A stretch of 58,949 bases of DNA, counting the filler, from Globobulimina sp. (taxonomy: Eukaryota): the NCBI GenBank assembly GCA_003354225.1. It is 8 parts of 8 records of this genome, joined end to end, with 100 filler letters (N's around TTAATTAATTAA, not from the genome) between each part and the next. Parts side by side here need not be neighbours in the genome. Positions count along the whole stretch, not along the records: positions 1 to 7,292 come from PIVH01000170.1; positions 7,393 to 14,682 come from PIVH01000171.1; 6 more parts are not named here. The stretch is one strand, 5' to 3'. Positions 1-11,142 of the stretch are shown piece by piece. The notes beneath the pieces were generated by a model. The model was not told the DNA's origin. It ran no database searches and was given only the letters and a program-made list of their open reading frames with translations. The first letter of the stretch is position 1; every line of letters begins with the position of its first letter. The translations under genes and the position numbers were made by a program.

Positions 1-447
1 GTATGGGTTTGTATGAGTATGCATAAGGGTGGATTTTATTTGAGACGGTTACTGTTGAGAGTACTTTTAAAAATCTGAACATCTCAAAACTGAACCCTCT
101 GAACCAATCTACAGGGAAAGTACTAGTAAATCAATGCAACAAAATAGATGAATTAACCAAGGCATATGAATTTGATCCATTAATTATTGAATTGAATGGG
201 ATCAATTATAAAATATAGGTACAATGGATATTCAATTATAAAAGCAATGTTCTAGATATTTACAGAATGTAAATCATCAAGGTATTGAATATGACCATCG
301 TAACAATAATATTGAGCTGTTTGTTTATATGTTTTTTATTTACTTCAGTCAACAAAAAACTTGTTTGCGTAACAGATTTAATACCCTCGTCAGAAAAAAA
401 CACAAATTCCTCGTCGTAGCAAACTAGTCCTCGGAAACATCAACAGA

Positions 448-1977
448 ATGCCTCAAAGGAGAAGAGAAAGATCGCCAGAGGATCCTGAGGAAAAGACCTA
501 CGTCTCGGGTACACACGTTCCGGACGATAAATATTATTACACCGGAAACGTTTTAGGACATCATTTACAAATCGTTCCTATTAAATCAGCAGCAAACCGT
601 GGTGCCATTGGAAGTACAACAATTGCAGCAATCGCAACATTAATAAAATTGAAATTAATATTTCCATATGGAAACACCAAAGGAATTGAGGTTGATTTGG
701 ATGGTTTAAGCACTGCTTATGATAAAGCAGTAAAATACGAAACAAATAATGACGATCACAGTCCGGTCGATCATGACAATTTGAATTTATTATTGGAAAA
801 TGATGTTTGGTTTTGGGCCAAATTGACACCCAAAAGAGTGCCTACATGGGATAAGAGAAAGGATTTATTGGATCCTCTCTTAGATGTATGGGAATTCCCA
901 ACCCAACTAACTGATAGTCATGGAACCGGAGCTAGAGATGAATCTGTATCAGTATCAGAATCAAATATTTCTGAGAAAGACCCAGATTCTGACGACATGT
1001 TTATTGCGGATGATGAAGACATTGTTCTATCTCATTCTGATAGTAAGCAAAGTGAGCGAAAGGATGACATTGCGACGCGGATTCGGAGATTTATTCCTTC
1101 GCAATTTGTAAACGGTGCAAATACAGTTAGATATGAAAAAGGTTTTAAAACGAGATTTAAAATGGTTATGGATGCCAGAAAGAAGATGGTTATGGACATA
1201 GGGAAACATAGAAAATTGCCCAAAGTAAATTATAAATCAGTAAAAGGTGAATTCAATGCCTTTAATCATAAAATGGGCCAATTTTTGATTTGTTTTCGGA
1301 TTTATTACAATTTACCGCCAGATTTTGCCAAATTTGCGCGGATATTTGACATGGACCCAAATGGAAACACTTTACCTACGGCCGTTTCAAAGGTGTTTTG
1401 GGAACAATTTGCCTTCTTAGAAGAAAAGGGATATATCAATGAATTGGGAAAAAGAATGAGAGCGTTCGATACATTGGATGTCATTCCCAAGGAATTATAC
1501 CATGTTAGGAGAGATAAAGTATATTTAAAGAATGATAAGGAAGGAGCTACCATTGATTTGACAGATCAATGGGATGTTTTATCTGAACCACCCAAGAAAA
1601 AGAGAAAGATTGATCTCTCCGATGATACATCGTCTAAATCATTGCCGGTGAGTGATTCAACCACAAATTTAATATTGAACAGATTGGACGTATTAGCTGC
1701 CAATATTGGTAGCATAAACTCAACAATCTCCGCCCAACAAAATTCCAACAACATATCCCCTGCAAAGCATTCAGTCAAACAAATGTTGAACGAATCAAAA
1801 CGTGGAATAGGTCGTTGGAGCAAGGAACATTATGTACATAAAACAGTATTAGGCTTTGAAATGATTGCCCAACAAACCCAAAAGATCCAACAACAAAATT
1901 CCAGTCAAAAAATATATGATAAAATGATGAATAAATCATCCAACAAAGGCATTGTTGATGATATACAAGGTACGTAG
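448..1977 (+). CDS. Retroelement ORF1 (gag-like/leader protein, 509 aa; probably exon 1, ending at 1969)
   Basis: Long ATG-initiated ORF with acidic tract and NLS-like PPKKKRK. Ends in CAAG|GTACGT (donor at 1970) just before the stop. Confidence 0.75.
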   Translation: MPQRRRERSPEDPEEKTYVSGTHVPDDKYYYTGNVLGHHLQIVPIKSAANRGAIGSTTIAAIATLIKLKLIFPYGNTKGIEVDLDGLSTAYDKAVKYETNNDDHSPVDHDNLNLLLENDVWFWAKLTPKRVPTWDKRKDLLDPLLDVWEFPTQLTDSHGTGARDESVSVSESNISEKDPDSDDMFIADDEDIVLSHSDSKQSERKDDIATRIRRFIPSQFVNGANTVRYEKGFKTRFKMVMDARKKMVMDIGKHRKLPKVNYKSVKGEFNAFNHKMGQFLICFRIYYNLPPDFAKFARIFDMDPNGNTLPTAVSKVFWEQFAFLEEKGYINELGKRMRAFDTLDVIPKELYHVRRDKVYLKNDKEGATIDLTDQWDVLSEPPKKKRKIDLSDDTSSKSLPVSDSTTNLILNRLDVLAANIGSINSTISAQQNSNNISPAKHSVKQMLNESKRGIGRWSKEHYVHKTVLGFEMIAQQTQKIQQQNSSQKIYDKMMNKSSNKGIVDDIQGT

Positions 1978-2487
1978 GGTCTGTCCTATTTTGTCAGGTG
2001 AGTCGTGTAAACAAGTTGCTTGTTTATAATCTTTTGTATGGCTTTGGGCTGCCTTGTTTACATCGACTTCATCACTATTTCTCTTGGAGTGGAGTGGTGT
2101 GTGATGTATTTTTCCTGTGTGTTGTTTGAATCTATTTAAGTTTTGAAATTGATTGTGTAGGAACCAAACATCACCAAATTCCTAAAAACACGATTGATTC
2201 ATATTCAGAGTTACAAATTCTCAGCAACAGTTTCTGATTATATCCAACATCAATCACCAATGTTAGATGAGCAAAGCGTTCCACCCTTTAGGAACATAGC
2301 TTTTAGCTCAAAATATCTATTCTACGGTGTCCACGAGACTGTTTTACTTGAGAAGTAACATTAAATCACAAAACGGCCAAAGTAGCACACTTTACACGGT
2401 AGTAAGCTGCTCTAATGGTCCAGTGATCTCCTTATCTGACCAATGCAAATCGTTGTGAACCAATTATAATTTTATACATAATTTCAG

Positions 2488-3530
2488 ATTCAGATGAGAG
2501 TGGAGATTCATCGTCGGACAAACCTAAAACAAAAACAAAAAAACATAAGAAATCCAGAAAACAAAGACGAGTCCACTCACAAACTGATCTACTTATGTTC
2601 ATATGGAGAACAAATGAGACACAAATGACTGATATTATGTTACATGTGCTTAAATATGGAGAGAAGTGCAAGAATTTCCGGAGAATAAGTCCGAGCACGA
2701 CCATACAAAATATTTTTACTGACAAATCCAATGTATATGCTTTCATCGATGAGGTGCAATTTATTATAAATGATTGGAAAATCCATATTGTGAGACATTC
2801 ATCCGACATTTTAACCCAATTAACACGTCTTTACAAACGTAAATCATTATCCATTGTACCATCGACAGAATTAAAACGTTATAATTTAATGTTAGAAGCA
2901 GCATCACATGATTGGACTGAATTTCGTGTGATTTTACAAACCATTGTGTTAAATCAAAAAATTGATCCCCAGTTATTCTATAAATTCCTAAATGAATCCA
3001 TGTCCTTAGCAATGGATAAACAAATAGCAATAACAGCGGCAATACGAGACAATCACCTTAGATCAAAATTAAATATTGAAGCAAATGAAGGTGTAGTTTC
3101 GGATCAAATGTGGTTACAAGAAATGTTTCCAAACTATAGTCATTCAGAACTCCTAAAGGCACAGAAACAGATTGCTGATCATAAAAATGCGACTGCAAAA
3201 GCAGCAGCACTCAGCAACCCATCACAACAGAAAATCCCCAAACAAACCAATAAATACACCAAGCAAAGTGGTGGAGGAATTACCCGAGACGCAAGGAAGT
3301 CGCGTACCGACGCATTGCATACATGGCAAAGGGAAATCAAATCAAGATTAAAACCTACGATCAAAGAAAACTTAGCAAATTATTGTGCACCTCATCATAT
3401 GCCAGAAATGACATGCAGATCATCAGGAAACATGTGCAATACTGGTGGCAGAAACAGATATCATGCCTGTTTATGCGGAGAATTAACACATACCATTCCA
3501 AATTGCAAAAAGATATTTCGCAATCAATGA
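2488..3530 (+). CDS. Gag-like protein with C-terminal Cys/His zinc knuckles
   Basis: C-terminus YCAPHH...TC...MC...YHACLCGELTHTIPNC resembles the CCCH+CCHC array of DIRS/Ngaro gag. Frame is open upstream of ATG 2595 to the acceptor tttcag at 2487. Confidence 0.8.
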
Positions 3531-3807
3531 TTGATCTTGTTTAAGACATTTGACTTTGATCCCTTTTAACACTAAATTTGCAATTATTAAATTCATCTCT
3601 GTCTTTTTAACAGTGTTGAATCGACACTTTACGTTTTCGCTTTCGACCATAACATCTGGTACATAACATTGTGTGTAATTGTTGCGTGGAATCACATTAC
3701 GCCGTTGTGTCCTAAGTTGTTCGCCTAACGAACCCATCCTTAAACTTAGAAAGGACTCGAAAACTTTCCAAACGTCACTTATATCGACAAAAAACACTAG
3801 TTTCAAA

Positions 3808-3910
3808 CAAGTATAATGATAATTGATACATAAACATAATCGATTATGAACATGACATTTTGTTCAAAATGTCATGTCAAGTATACTCATAATTGATACA
3901 TAATCATAAT
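3808..3910. repeat. Imperfect 33-bp direct repeats flanking a 14-bp palindrome and a 13-bp perfect hairpin
   Basis: caagtataatgataattgatacataaacataat (3808-3840) vs caagtatactcataattgatacataatcataat (3878-3910); CATAATCGATTATG at 3835-3848; ACATGACATTTTG-TT-CAAAATGTCATGT at 3850-3877. Confidence 0.9.
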
Positions 3911-3981
3911 ACCAAAATAGTGATTTTAATCGTCATTATTGTGATCATTAAATAAATCCTTGTTTATTTTCCTTTACACAG

Positions 3982-5717
3982 ATAATGTAATTCCGAATCT
4001 TCAATTACTTGATCATGAATGCTCTGATCTACTCCAAGAATTAGTAGATTTATACTCCCATCCACCGCATATTCCACATCATTTTAATATACAACTTTTC
4101 CGTCATTATTTACAGGATCATCCTGATGGTGATATCCATATTAACTACATTGAAAATGGATACCCATTATTCTTGAAAGACAGAGATCCTTCCAATCTAT
4201 GCCAAAAAGTATCCAATATTGTAAGAAACAAAAAAGAATTAAAAGCCATTCTTTCCAGAATGGTCAAAGAAGCAAAGAAAGGATATATACAACCATCTGA
4301 TACCACACTTCATTACAACTTAAATTTATTATGTGTCCCAAAGCGCAATAATGATACACTCTTAATGACAGATATAAGAGTAGCCAGACATGGCTCATAT
4401 TGCACCAATCGCACAGTTGCAATAAATCAAAAAATAGAAAAAGATGCTTGTAAGATTCCAACTTTACCAAATATCCGAAAATACATTGAAATGCTTCAGA
4501 AATATGATTTTGTTACATTGCGTGATCTAAAAGATGCTTTCAGACAACTCCTCAATGCATTGGAAGACACAGATTTTATACAATATTGCTTATTTGGAAT
4601 GCGATTCCGTGACTTACGCATAGCGTATGGCATCGCCTCAGCAGCAGCAAATTGCCAGCAATTTGCTCAAATCTTGATTTGGATTCTTGAAAATAAATAC
4701 TTAAAACCACACCAAAGAAACCGAATTTTAGTCCATATTGATGACTTTTTATTAGCTGCAACGAGTGAGGCAGAAGCATTAGAATTAGCCTGTAAATTTG
4801 ACCAAATGTGTGATGATTTAGGTGTAAAAGTATCACACGCTAAAGATGAAAATGCCATTTTTGAAGGTGTTGTACATGGTTTTGGATTTAATCTAAAATC
4901 AAATGATGTTCACATACCTGAACATAAACTCAACGAGTTATTATATGGTATCTCATTAATAAAAACGTATCGATATGCAACAGGAGTTGCGCTGGAATCA
5001 ATTTGCGGTAAAATTATGCATTGGTCTCAATTCAGAAAACCAGCAAAAATTCTCTGCTACCGATTACTAAAATTAATCCATGACAAAATCCGTGCGAGTC
5101 CCAAATTGAAATATAAAATTTTTTGGGTACCAGACCCCATAATTCGTGACTTGACTTTTTGGGCTAAATATACTATTAACATGAAATCGGTGACAATGGA
5201 ATCAATTTTAAAACAACCATCAATTACAATTACTGGCGCAACAGATGCGAGCAGTGAAGGTGGTGGATTCATCATAGGCGAATTCTACGGTTCATATGAA
5301 TTCCGAAATGAATCTAATAAATTTGATATAAATCATCGTTTAATGTCCATCAATTATCAAGAAGCACATGCAGTAATTATGTTACTTTATAATTATCGTC
5401 ATATGCTATCGGGTCGTCAATTATTATTATATATAGATAATACTTCGGTGATGTATAGTATCTATAAATACTGGGCGGGAAGTCCGAGATTAATGGAATT
5501 CATCCAAGAAATAGTGCTTTTGATGTGTATATATTGTATTGATTTAAGAGTCGAATTCATTCCCTCTAAACTCAATGGATTGGCCGATTCATTATCGAGA
5601 TTTGATTGGGATAGATTCAACGATTTAGTACGGACCTTTAATCTTACAATTCAGTCAGAAGCGACTTGCTTAGAATATTACCCTTATCTACGACTATTAC
5701 GCGACCCAAATTTCTAA
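3982..5717 (+). CDS. Reverse transcriptase / RNase H (DIRS/Ngaro type)
   Basis: RT motifs DLKDAFRQ, YGIASAA, LVHIDDFLL. RNase H motifs TDASSEGGG, INYQEAHAV, YIDNTS, NGLADSLSR. Start placed at the acceptor at 3981. Confidence 0.95.
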
Positions 5718-5826
5718 TTTACAATACGACTTTATATTTGCTTCTGACTCAAGCCTTGTAATAAGAGTTTTTCACATTTTTCAAACTAAAATATCAAAAA
5801 ACCTTTTCTTCTTTGCCACCTTTCAG

Positions 5827-7091
5827 AGTTAACACGACACTCTTTTGAGCAATATGAAGCTACAAAAGCAGATATCGCAACCACCAAAATCATCCTCAGA
5901 GATTTATTTCGTTCACGTCGCATTACAACAAAAACGAATTATTGCTCTATTTTAAAAGATTGGTGGGGTTATAGTTTAGAATATGGAAACAACCCATTTA
6001 CAAAGAAAATAAATCCATCCTTCGCAGCATTATGGCAATATAACAGAAGCCTTCGATTAGGCTCTTGTAACTCACACAAAAATTGGTCAGCTGCCCTTAG
6101 TTGGTGGGTGAAATCAAATGGAGAGACACCAACATTTTATAAAAATGGATTTTATGAGACAGTACATAAAACAATGTTGAAATTATATATGAAATCAAGG
6201 AAATTAAGATTACCAATAAGAATACATTGGATCGTTAAGTACTTACGTCATTTAAATGTGACCCCAGAAACCTGGGAAACCGTCCCATTGGATAAGCTAA
6301 CTTTGAGTTATTTATATTTAATGGCATTTTTCACCATAAGCCGCCCAGGCGAGCTCCTATACACAAATAGCACAGAAAACGAGAAATGGGAGACAATCAC
6401 TACTGGTCTACGTTGGGGGGATATTACCCTTAAAAACACCAATAAACCATATACTAGACGTTATAAAAAGATCTTAATTCATTGGTACAAGAATCAGGAA
6501 TTTAGAAATGAACCGAAAGAGATATTTATGGCACCACCAATCTGTAATAGAGATAAATGTCATTGTAAACAATTGGATTTTTATGCAATGTTTTTGGTTT
6601 TGAAAAGGAGGAGAAACAAATTAGTAAACAATTTAAAATTGAGAGCTAGAATAAATCCAAGCAAATCATTATCAAAACAAATCAAAAATTTGGACATTAA
6701 ACCATCAAACTATATATTTGTTGGCACAAATGGTGCAGTTTGGAGACCTTCCAAATTGGCAGAAAATATGAAAAAATTTGTTCGAGTCATTGACATGGAC
6801 AAAAAATTTGCCTATGTACCTTATTCATTTCGGATTGGAGCTACATCTCTTTGCCATCAGCAAGGAATTGATCTATTAAAAGTGTTGCGATTTGTAGTAT
6901 GGTCTATAAAGAGTTTGCCTCACGTATCAAATCGATACATTATGTTTACGGAGAAACACCTAAGAATCCTACCTTTTGAAATGATACATGGCAGGAATAT
7001 TCCTGGCAAAGTTAATATTGATAAAAGTAGTAATTTTTTAAAAGTATTCAATATTTGGGAAGGGCAATTATGCGAAACTTTATTCAATTAA
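5827..7091 (+). CDS. Tyrosine recombinase (YR)
   Basis: FFTISRPGELL (first Arg), YSFRIGATS (H/Y-x-x-R), VVW...SNRY (Trp, catalytic Tyr). Frame is open from 5790 and includes an N-terminal core-binding-like segment (TTKTNYCSILKDWWGY) upstream of the GTG at 6108. Confidence 0.92.
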
Positions 7092-7292
7092 ATAAAATGA
7101 CTTATTTACCAAGGGTTCACAACACAACAATCAAACTTGTACATCAATACTAAAAACACTTTTGAATATTGAATTATTTAACACAAATTACGAAAACACA
7201 AATTTTGTGATTTTTAAAACAAACCAACAGAAATTTCTCAACACTCAGGGCAGTCGGGTAGGCGATCGTTTCTAGAAACACTTTTCTATAAT

Positions 7293-7392
7293 NNNNNNNN
7301 NNNNNNNNNNNNNNNNNNNNNNNNNNNNNNNNNNNNTTAATTAATTAANNNNNNNNNNNNNNNNNNNNNNNNNNNNNNNNNNNNNNNNNNNN
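7293..7392. other. Artificial contig spacer
   Basis: 44 N + TTAATTAATTAA (stops in all six frames) + 44 N. Confidence 0.99.
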
Positions 7393-7471
7393 TTTATATT
7401 AAATGATAGCGTGTATACATAAACTACATCAGAATTAAATGAATAAGAATCCCAAAACATTTTTTAGTTAA

Positions 7472-10389
7472 CTAATCATCTCTGATTGAAGAGACAAACA
7501 ACGGTCCTAAAACAAGTGCGGTCGTAGACATGGTAGTAATCACAACATGCAAAGCAGGACCAGCAGTATCCTTAAATGGGTCACCGACAGTATCACCCGT
7601 CACCGCAGCGGCATGAATCTCTGTACCTTTTAAATTCTTGGATTCAATTAATTTCTTTGCGTTATCCCATGCACCACCGGAATTGTCTAAAAATATTGCC
7701 ATCAACAACCCACTCATGGTGCCAAACATTAAAAAGCTTGCAATCCCTTCAATTCCTAACATCGGCTCATTGGTTATATATGTCCCAATAAATTTGAACG
7801 AAATGCCAATAAATACGGGCGTACACAATGCCAACAACGCAGGTTTCACCATTTCTTTTAAGGCGCAGCGCGTCACAATTTCCACACATTTGCCGTACTG
7901 TGGTTTGTTTGCATACTCCATAATCCCTTCGATTTCACGAAACTGTCTGCGCACTTCATTCACAACTTGCTGTGCTGTACGACCCACTGCGTCGATACTC
8001 CACGCTGTGAACACAAACACCATCATAATCCCCAACAAACCCGCGATCATAATGGTCACTTTGGTGATATCGACATATTCGATTTGCGTCCCAGTCAAAA
8101 TACTAATTTCATCCAAAAACGCATTAAATAATAAAAAACACGCCAACGCACTGCCGGCCACTGCATAGCCTTTGGTCGCTGCCTTGGTCACATTACCCAC
8201 TGCGTCCAATCTATCTGTAATTTTCCTGTTTTGTTTTTTCAATCAATAGCACAACATTGCAACATAAAATATATTAAATCAAACCTGATTTCATTGGATT
8301 GATTTGTCATTTCGACAATACCGCCGGCATTATCCGCAATGGGCCCAAAATTATTCATCGACAACACATACACGGCAGTACACAACATGCCCATTGTTGC
8401 GCATGCAGTGCCAAACAGTCCTGATAAGTGTTTCTCTTTTAAGCCGCTGTTAAAGCCCAAAGTGTAGGATGCAAACAATGAGATTGCGATTATAATCGAG
8501 GGCAAACCGGTCGACTCCATTCCAACAGCAATCCCACTGATTATATTCGTGCCATGTCCAGTGCCTTGATATCATTCCAAATCAATATCAAATCAAATCA
8601 CACAAAGTAGCATAAAAAACATACGCGAGGCACTCACTATTTTCAATACCGGCGCATGAGTGTAATCAGTGTAATATTGCGTGATTAGCACAATACAAAA
8701 AGCACACATTAACCCCACAAAGCCACACAAAGCAAAATGCCACCAAGCATCCGGAGCTACGCTGGTATACAACAACAAATAGCAAGCGCATACAAATAAA
8801 ATGATGGCCAATACCAACGCGATGGCATATCCTCGCATCATTGGTTTGATCGCATCTTCATATTCGTCGTTGGTGGCAGTAAAATAAATACCCACAATGG
8901 ACACAATCAAATCCAACGAATGGATAATTAGCGGGAAGAAGATATATAATTCGATGGATTCGATCTCAGATTTAATGGCCAGCGTTGCGCCTAAGATCAT
9001 AGTACCAATCATTTCGGCAGCAATGGACTCGAATACATCCGCCATACTCCCGGCACAGTCCCCAACATTATCCCCCACTAAATCCGCAATCACCGCAGGA
9101 TTTCGAGCGTCATCTTCCGGGATTCCCTGCTCTATTTTACCACACATATCAGCTCCGACATCAGCCGCCTTGGTAAAGATGCCGCCGCCTAACTGCATGA
9201 ATAGCGCCACAAAGGAAGCACCAAAGCCATAGCCGCCGAGTAACAGCGGTATTTCAGCTGGATTGACGCCCATGAAATGAACGAATATTAATGTACCGAT
9301 GATGTACAATATAGCTAAGCCCAAAATGCACATCGATGCGGATATAATGGCAGACACCGCACCGCCACGAAAGGCCAATAGAAATGCATCAGAATAGTCG
9401 TAGGTGGAGGCGGCGGCGGCCACGCGTAAATTGACACGCACAGAAGTCCAGACACCGGTATATCCGGCCAGAGCACTGCAGAATGCGCCTATGAGAAATG
9501 ATATGGCGGTCACCAGAGCTAAAATGAATGGTGATACATGTGACGATGATTCGGTTCTGATTAAGTATATGATGAATAATACAATGGCAGTGCCGATGGC
9601 GAACATAGCAATAGATTTGTACTGCGTTTTTAAATATGAGTTGGCTCCTTCTTTAATAAAACCAGCTATGATGTGCATGTCTGTGGTGCCGCAGTCCTTC
9701 GTCATTATCCAGCGTACCGTGTGTGAGCAATACCAAAATGAGGCCACACACACCAACATTGCGAATGTCGTCACTAACATGGCAGGCTTTGGAAGCACAA
9801 TCATGCCTAAAATAAGTGCAATGACACAGCAACCCATCAAGATGTATATGAATTGATCAAATTCATGACTTAGTTCACCTGTGCTGCTGTGCGCTGACAT
9901 TGATTTTGGTGCTCTGGTTGTCATCACCTTGATGTCGCCAATCTGATTTTCAGTTTTGTTCAATAAAGATTTATGTTCTGTTGTGGTTGATATTGGATTT
10001 AGTTGGTACTCTGAATAATAGTTTCCTCCCTTCCTGGTGTTTGCGCATATTTTAACCAACATATCCATGGAGTATATAAATAAAATGAGTAAGGCGATCC
10101 CTTCAATCACTGATGAGTCAATCTTTCCGATTTTTGTTTTATTTAAAAAGTATAATGTGACATCTAATGCAATTAATGAAAACACAAGTAATTGAAAATA
10201 TAGTGAGTCAATTATTGTTTTGATCAATGGTTTGCTTGGCGGTTCACGCCGTTTTGGTTTGTCACTGGTCTCATCATCCATCATACTTTCAATTGAATTG
10301 ATAGGTGCAATTTTTTTAGGGATTTTTTCATTGAATTTGCGTGCTATCAACGTACTCTGTTGCAATGGCTCAACTTCTTCGATTGACAT
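7472..10389 (-). CDS. Membrane H+-translocating pyrophosphatase, K+-independent (AVP2-like), with N-terminal voltage-sensor-like extension; exons 10389-8625, 8564-8285, 8225-7472
   Basis: Motifs GGGIFTKAADVGAD, IPEDDARNPAVIADLVGDNVGD, GPIADNAGG, GNVTKA (Lys marks K+-independence), GDTVGDPFKDTAGP. GT-AG introns 8624-8565 and 8284-8226 restore the frame (~932 aa). Confidence 0.95.
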
Positions 10390-11022
10390 TCGCAAAAATT
10401 GTTTTTACTAAAGTTGATGAAAAACTACTATGCGAAGTAAATGTAAAAAAAAAAGAGCGGATACAGTTAATGTCAATCAGAATCGCAGGCAAACGAAGCC
10501 TTGAAACATCCTAATGCTTACTGGCCAGTTTTAAATGCATATTGTATGCACGAACGAGGCTCATAGCGTACGCCAGCGGGGATGGACATAGATTCTATGG
10601 TGATTAATGCACTAAACTGTACCCTAACCAAATCCTATAACACTATATCTGCGGTATACAGTTGAAAGTAGAATGTATTACTTTGAGTTTTGTTTGAAGT
10701 TAATACAGAAAGATCTCCAAATGTATTTTGCTAGTGTTAACAACACTAAACTATAACTAGCTGAGGAGTAGTATTAGTATAGGATAGTAACGTAGATGGT
10801 TATGCGGAACACAACCACTACAATCAACTGTATGGTGAATGTTATAACTGGACTGGCTTGTCCTTCCCTTGCATGCAAACCTATATTTATAGTACAAAAA
10901 TATGATATCAATTTATTTATGGGACATTTTTGATGGAAACGAATATTTTGCAACACATTTTAGTTGTAATTAACGTTGAATGGTACATTGGATTAATATG
11001 TTTTAATATGTCACAATAAAAG

Positions 11023-11070
11023 ATCGGTAAAATAAGATTAAAATTAATCGGTAAAATAAGATTAAAATTA
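11023..11070. repeat. 24-bp perfect tandem duplication (intergenic)
   Basis: atcggtaaaataagattaaaatta x2. Confidence 0.85.
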
Positions 11071-11142
11071 ATGCATTTAATTTAAATTATACATATATAG
11101 TATAAGAATTAAATTAATTTTTGCAACAATTTTATCAACGAA

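Larger units (their letters stand above)
1..7292 (+). mobile_element. DIRS/Ngaro-like tyrosine-recombinase retrotransposon (internal region; termini not resolved)
   Basis: Co-oriented ORF1, Cys/His-knuckle ORF, RT-RNase H and tyrosine recombinase, with no integrase or protease. This order is diagnostic of YR retrotransposons. No terminal repeats found inside the contig. Confidence 0.93.

Noticed and set aside
1-447. Terminal inverted or split direct repeats / ICR of the DIRS element
   Set aside because: Only 8-12-nt chance-level matches to the 3' end (e.g. tgaaccct/agggttca); the termini probably lie outside the contig.
3960-7091. Bacterial retron, DGR or prophage RT plus integrase
   Set aside because: RT is fused to a DIRS-type RNase H with an upstream gag knuckle; no template/variable repeat pair or msr-msd; context is eukaryotic.
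7263-7279. Palindromes CGATCG and GTTTCTAGAAAC at the contig end
   Set aside because: Short, single occurrence and cut off by the gap; cannot be assigned a function.
7337-7348. Recurring palindrome TTAATTAATTAA
   Set aside because: Always centred in 44 N + 44 N; a synthetic six-frame-stop linker.
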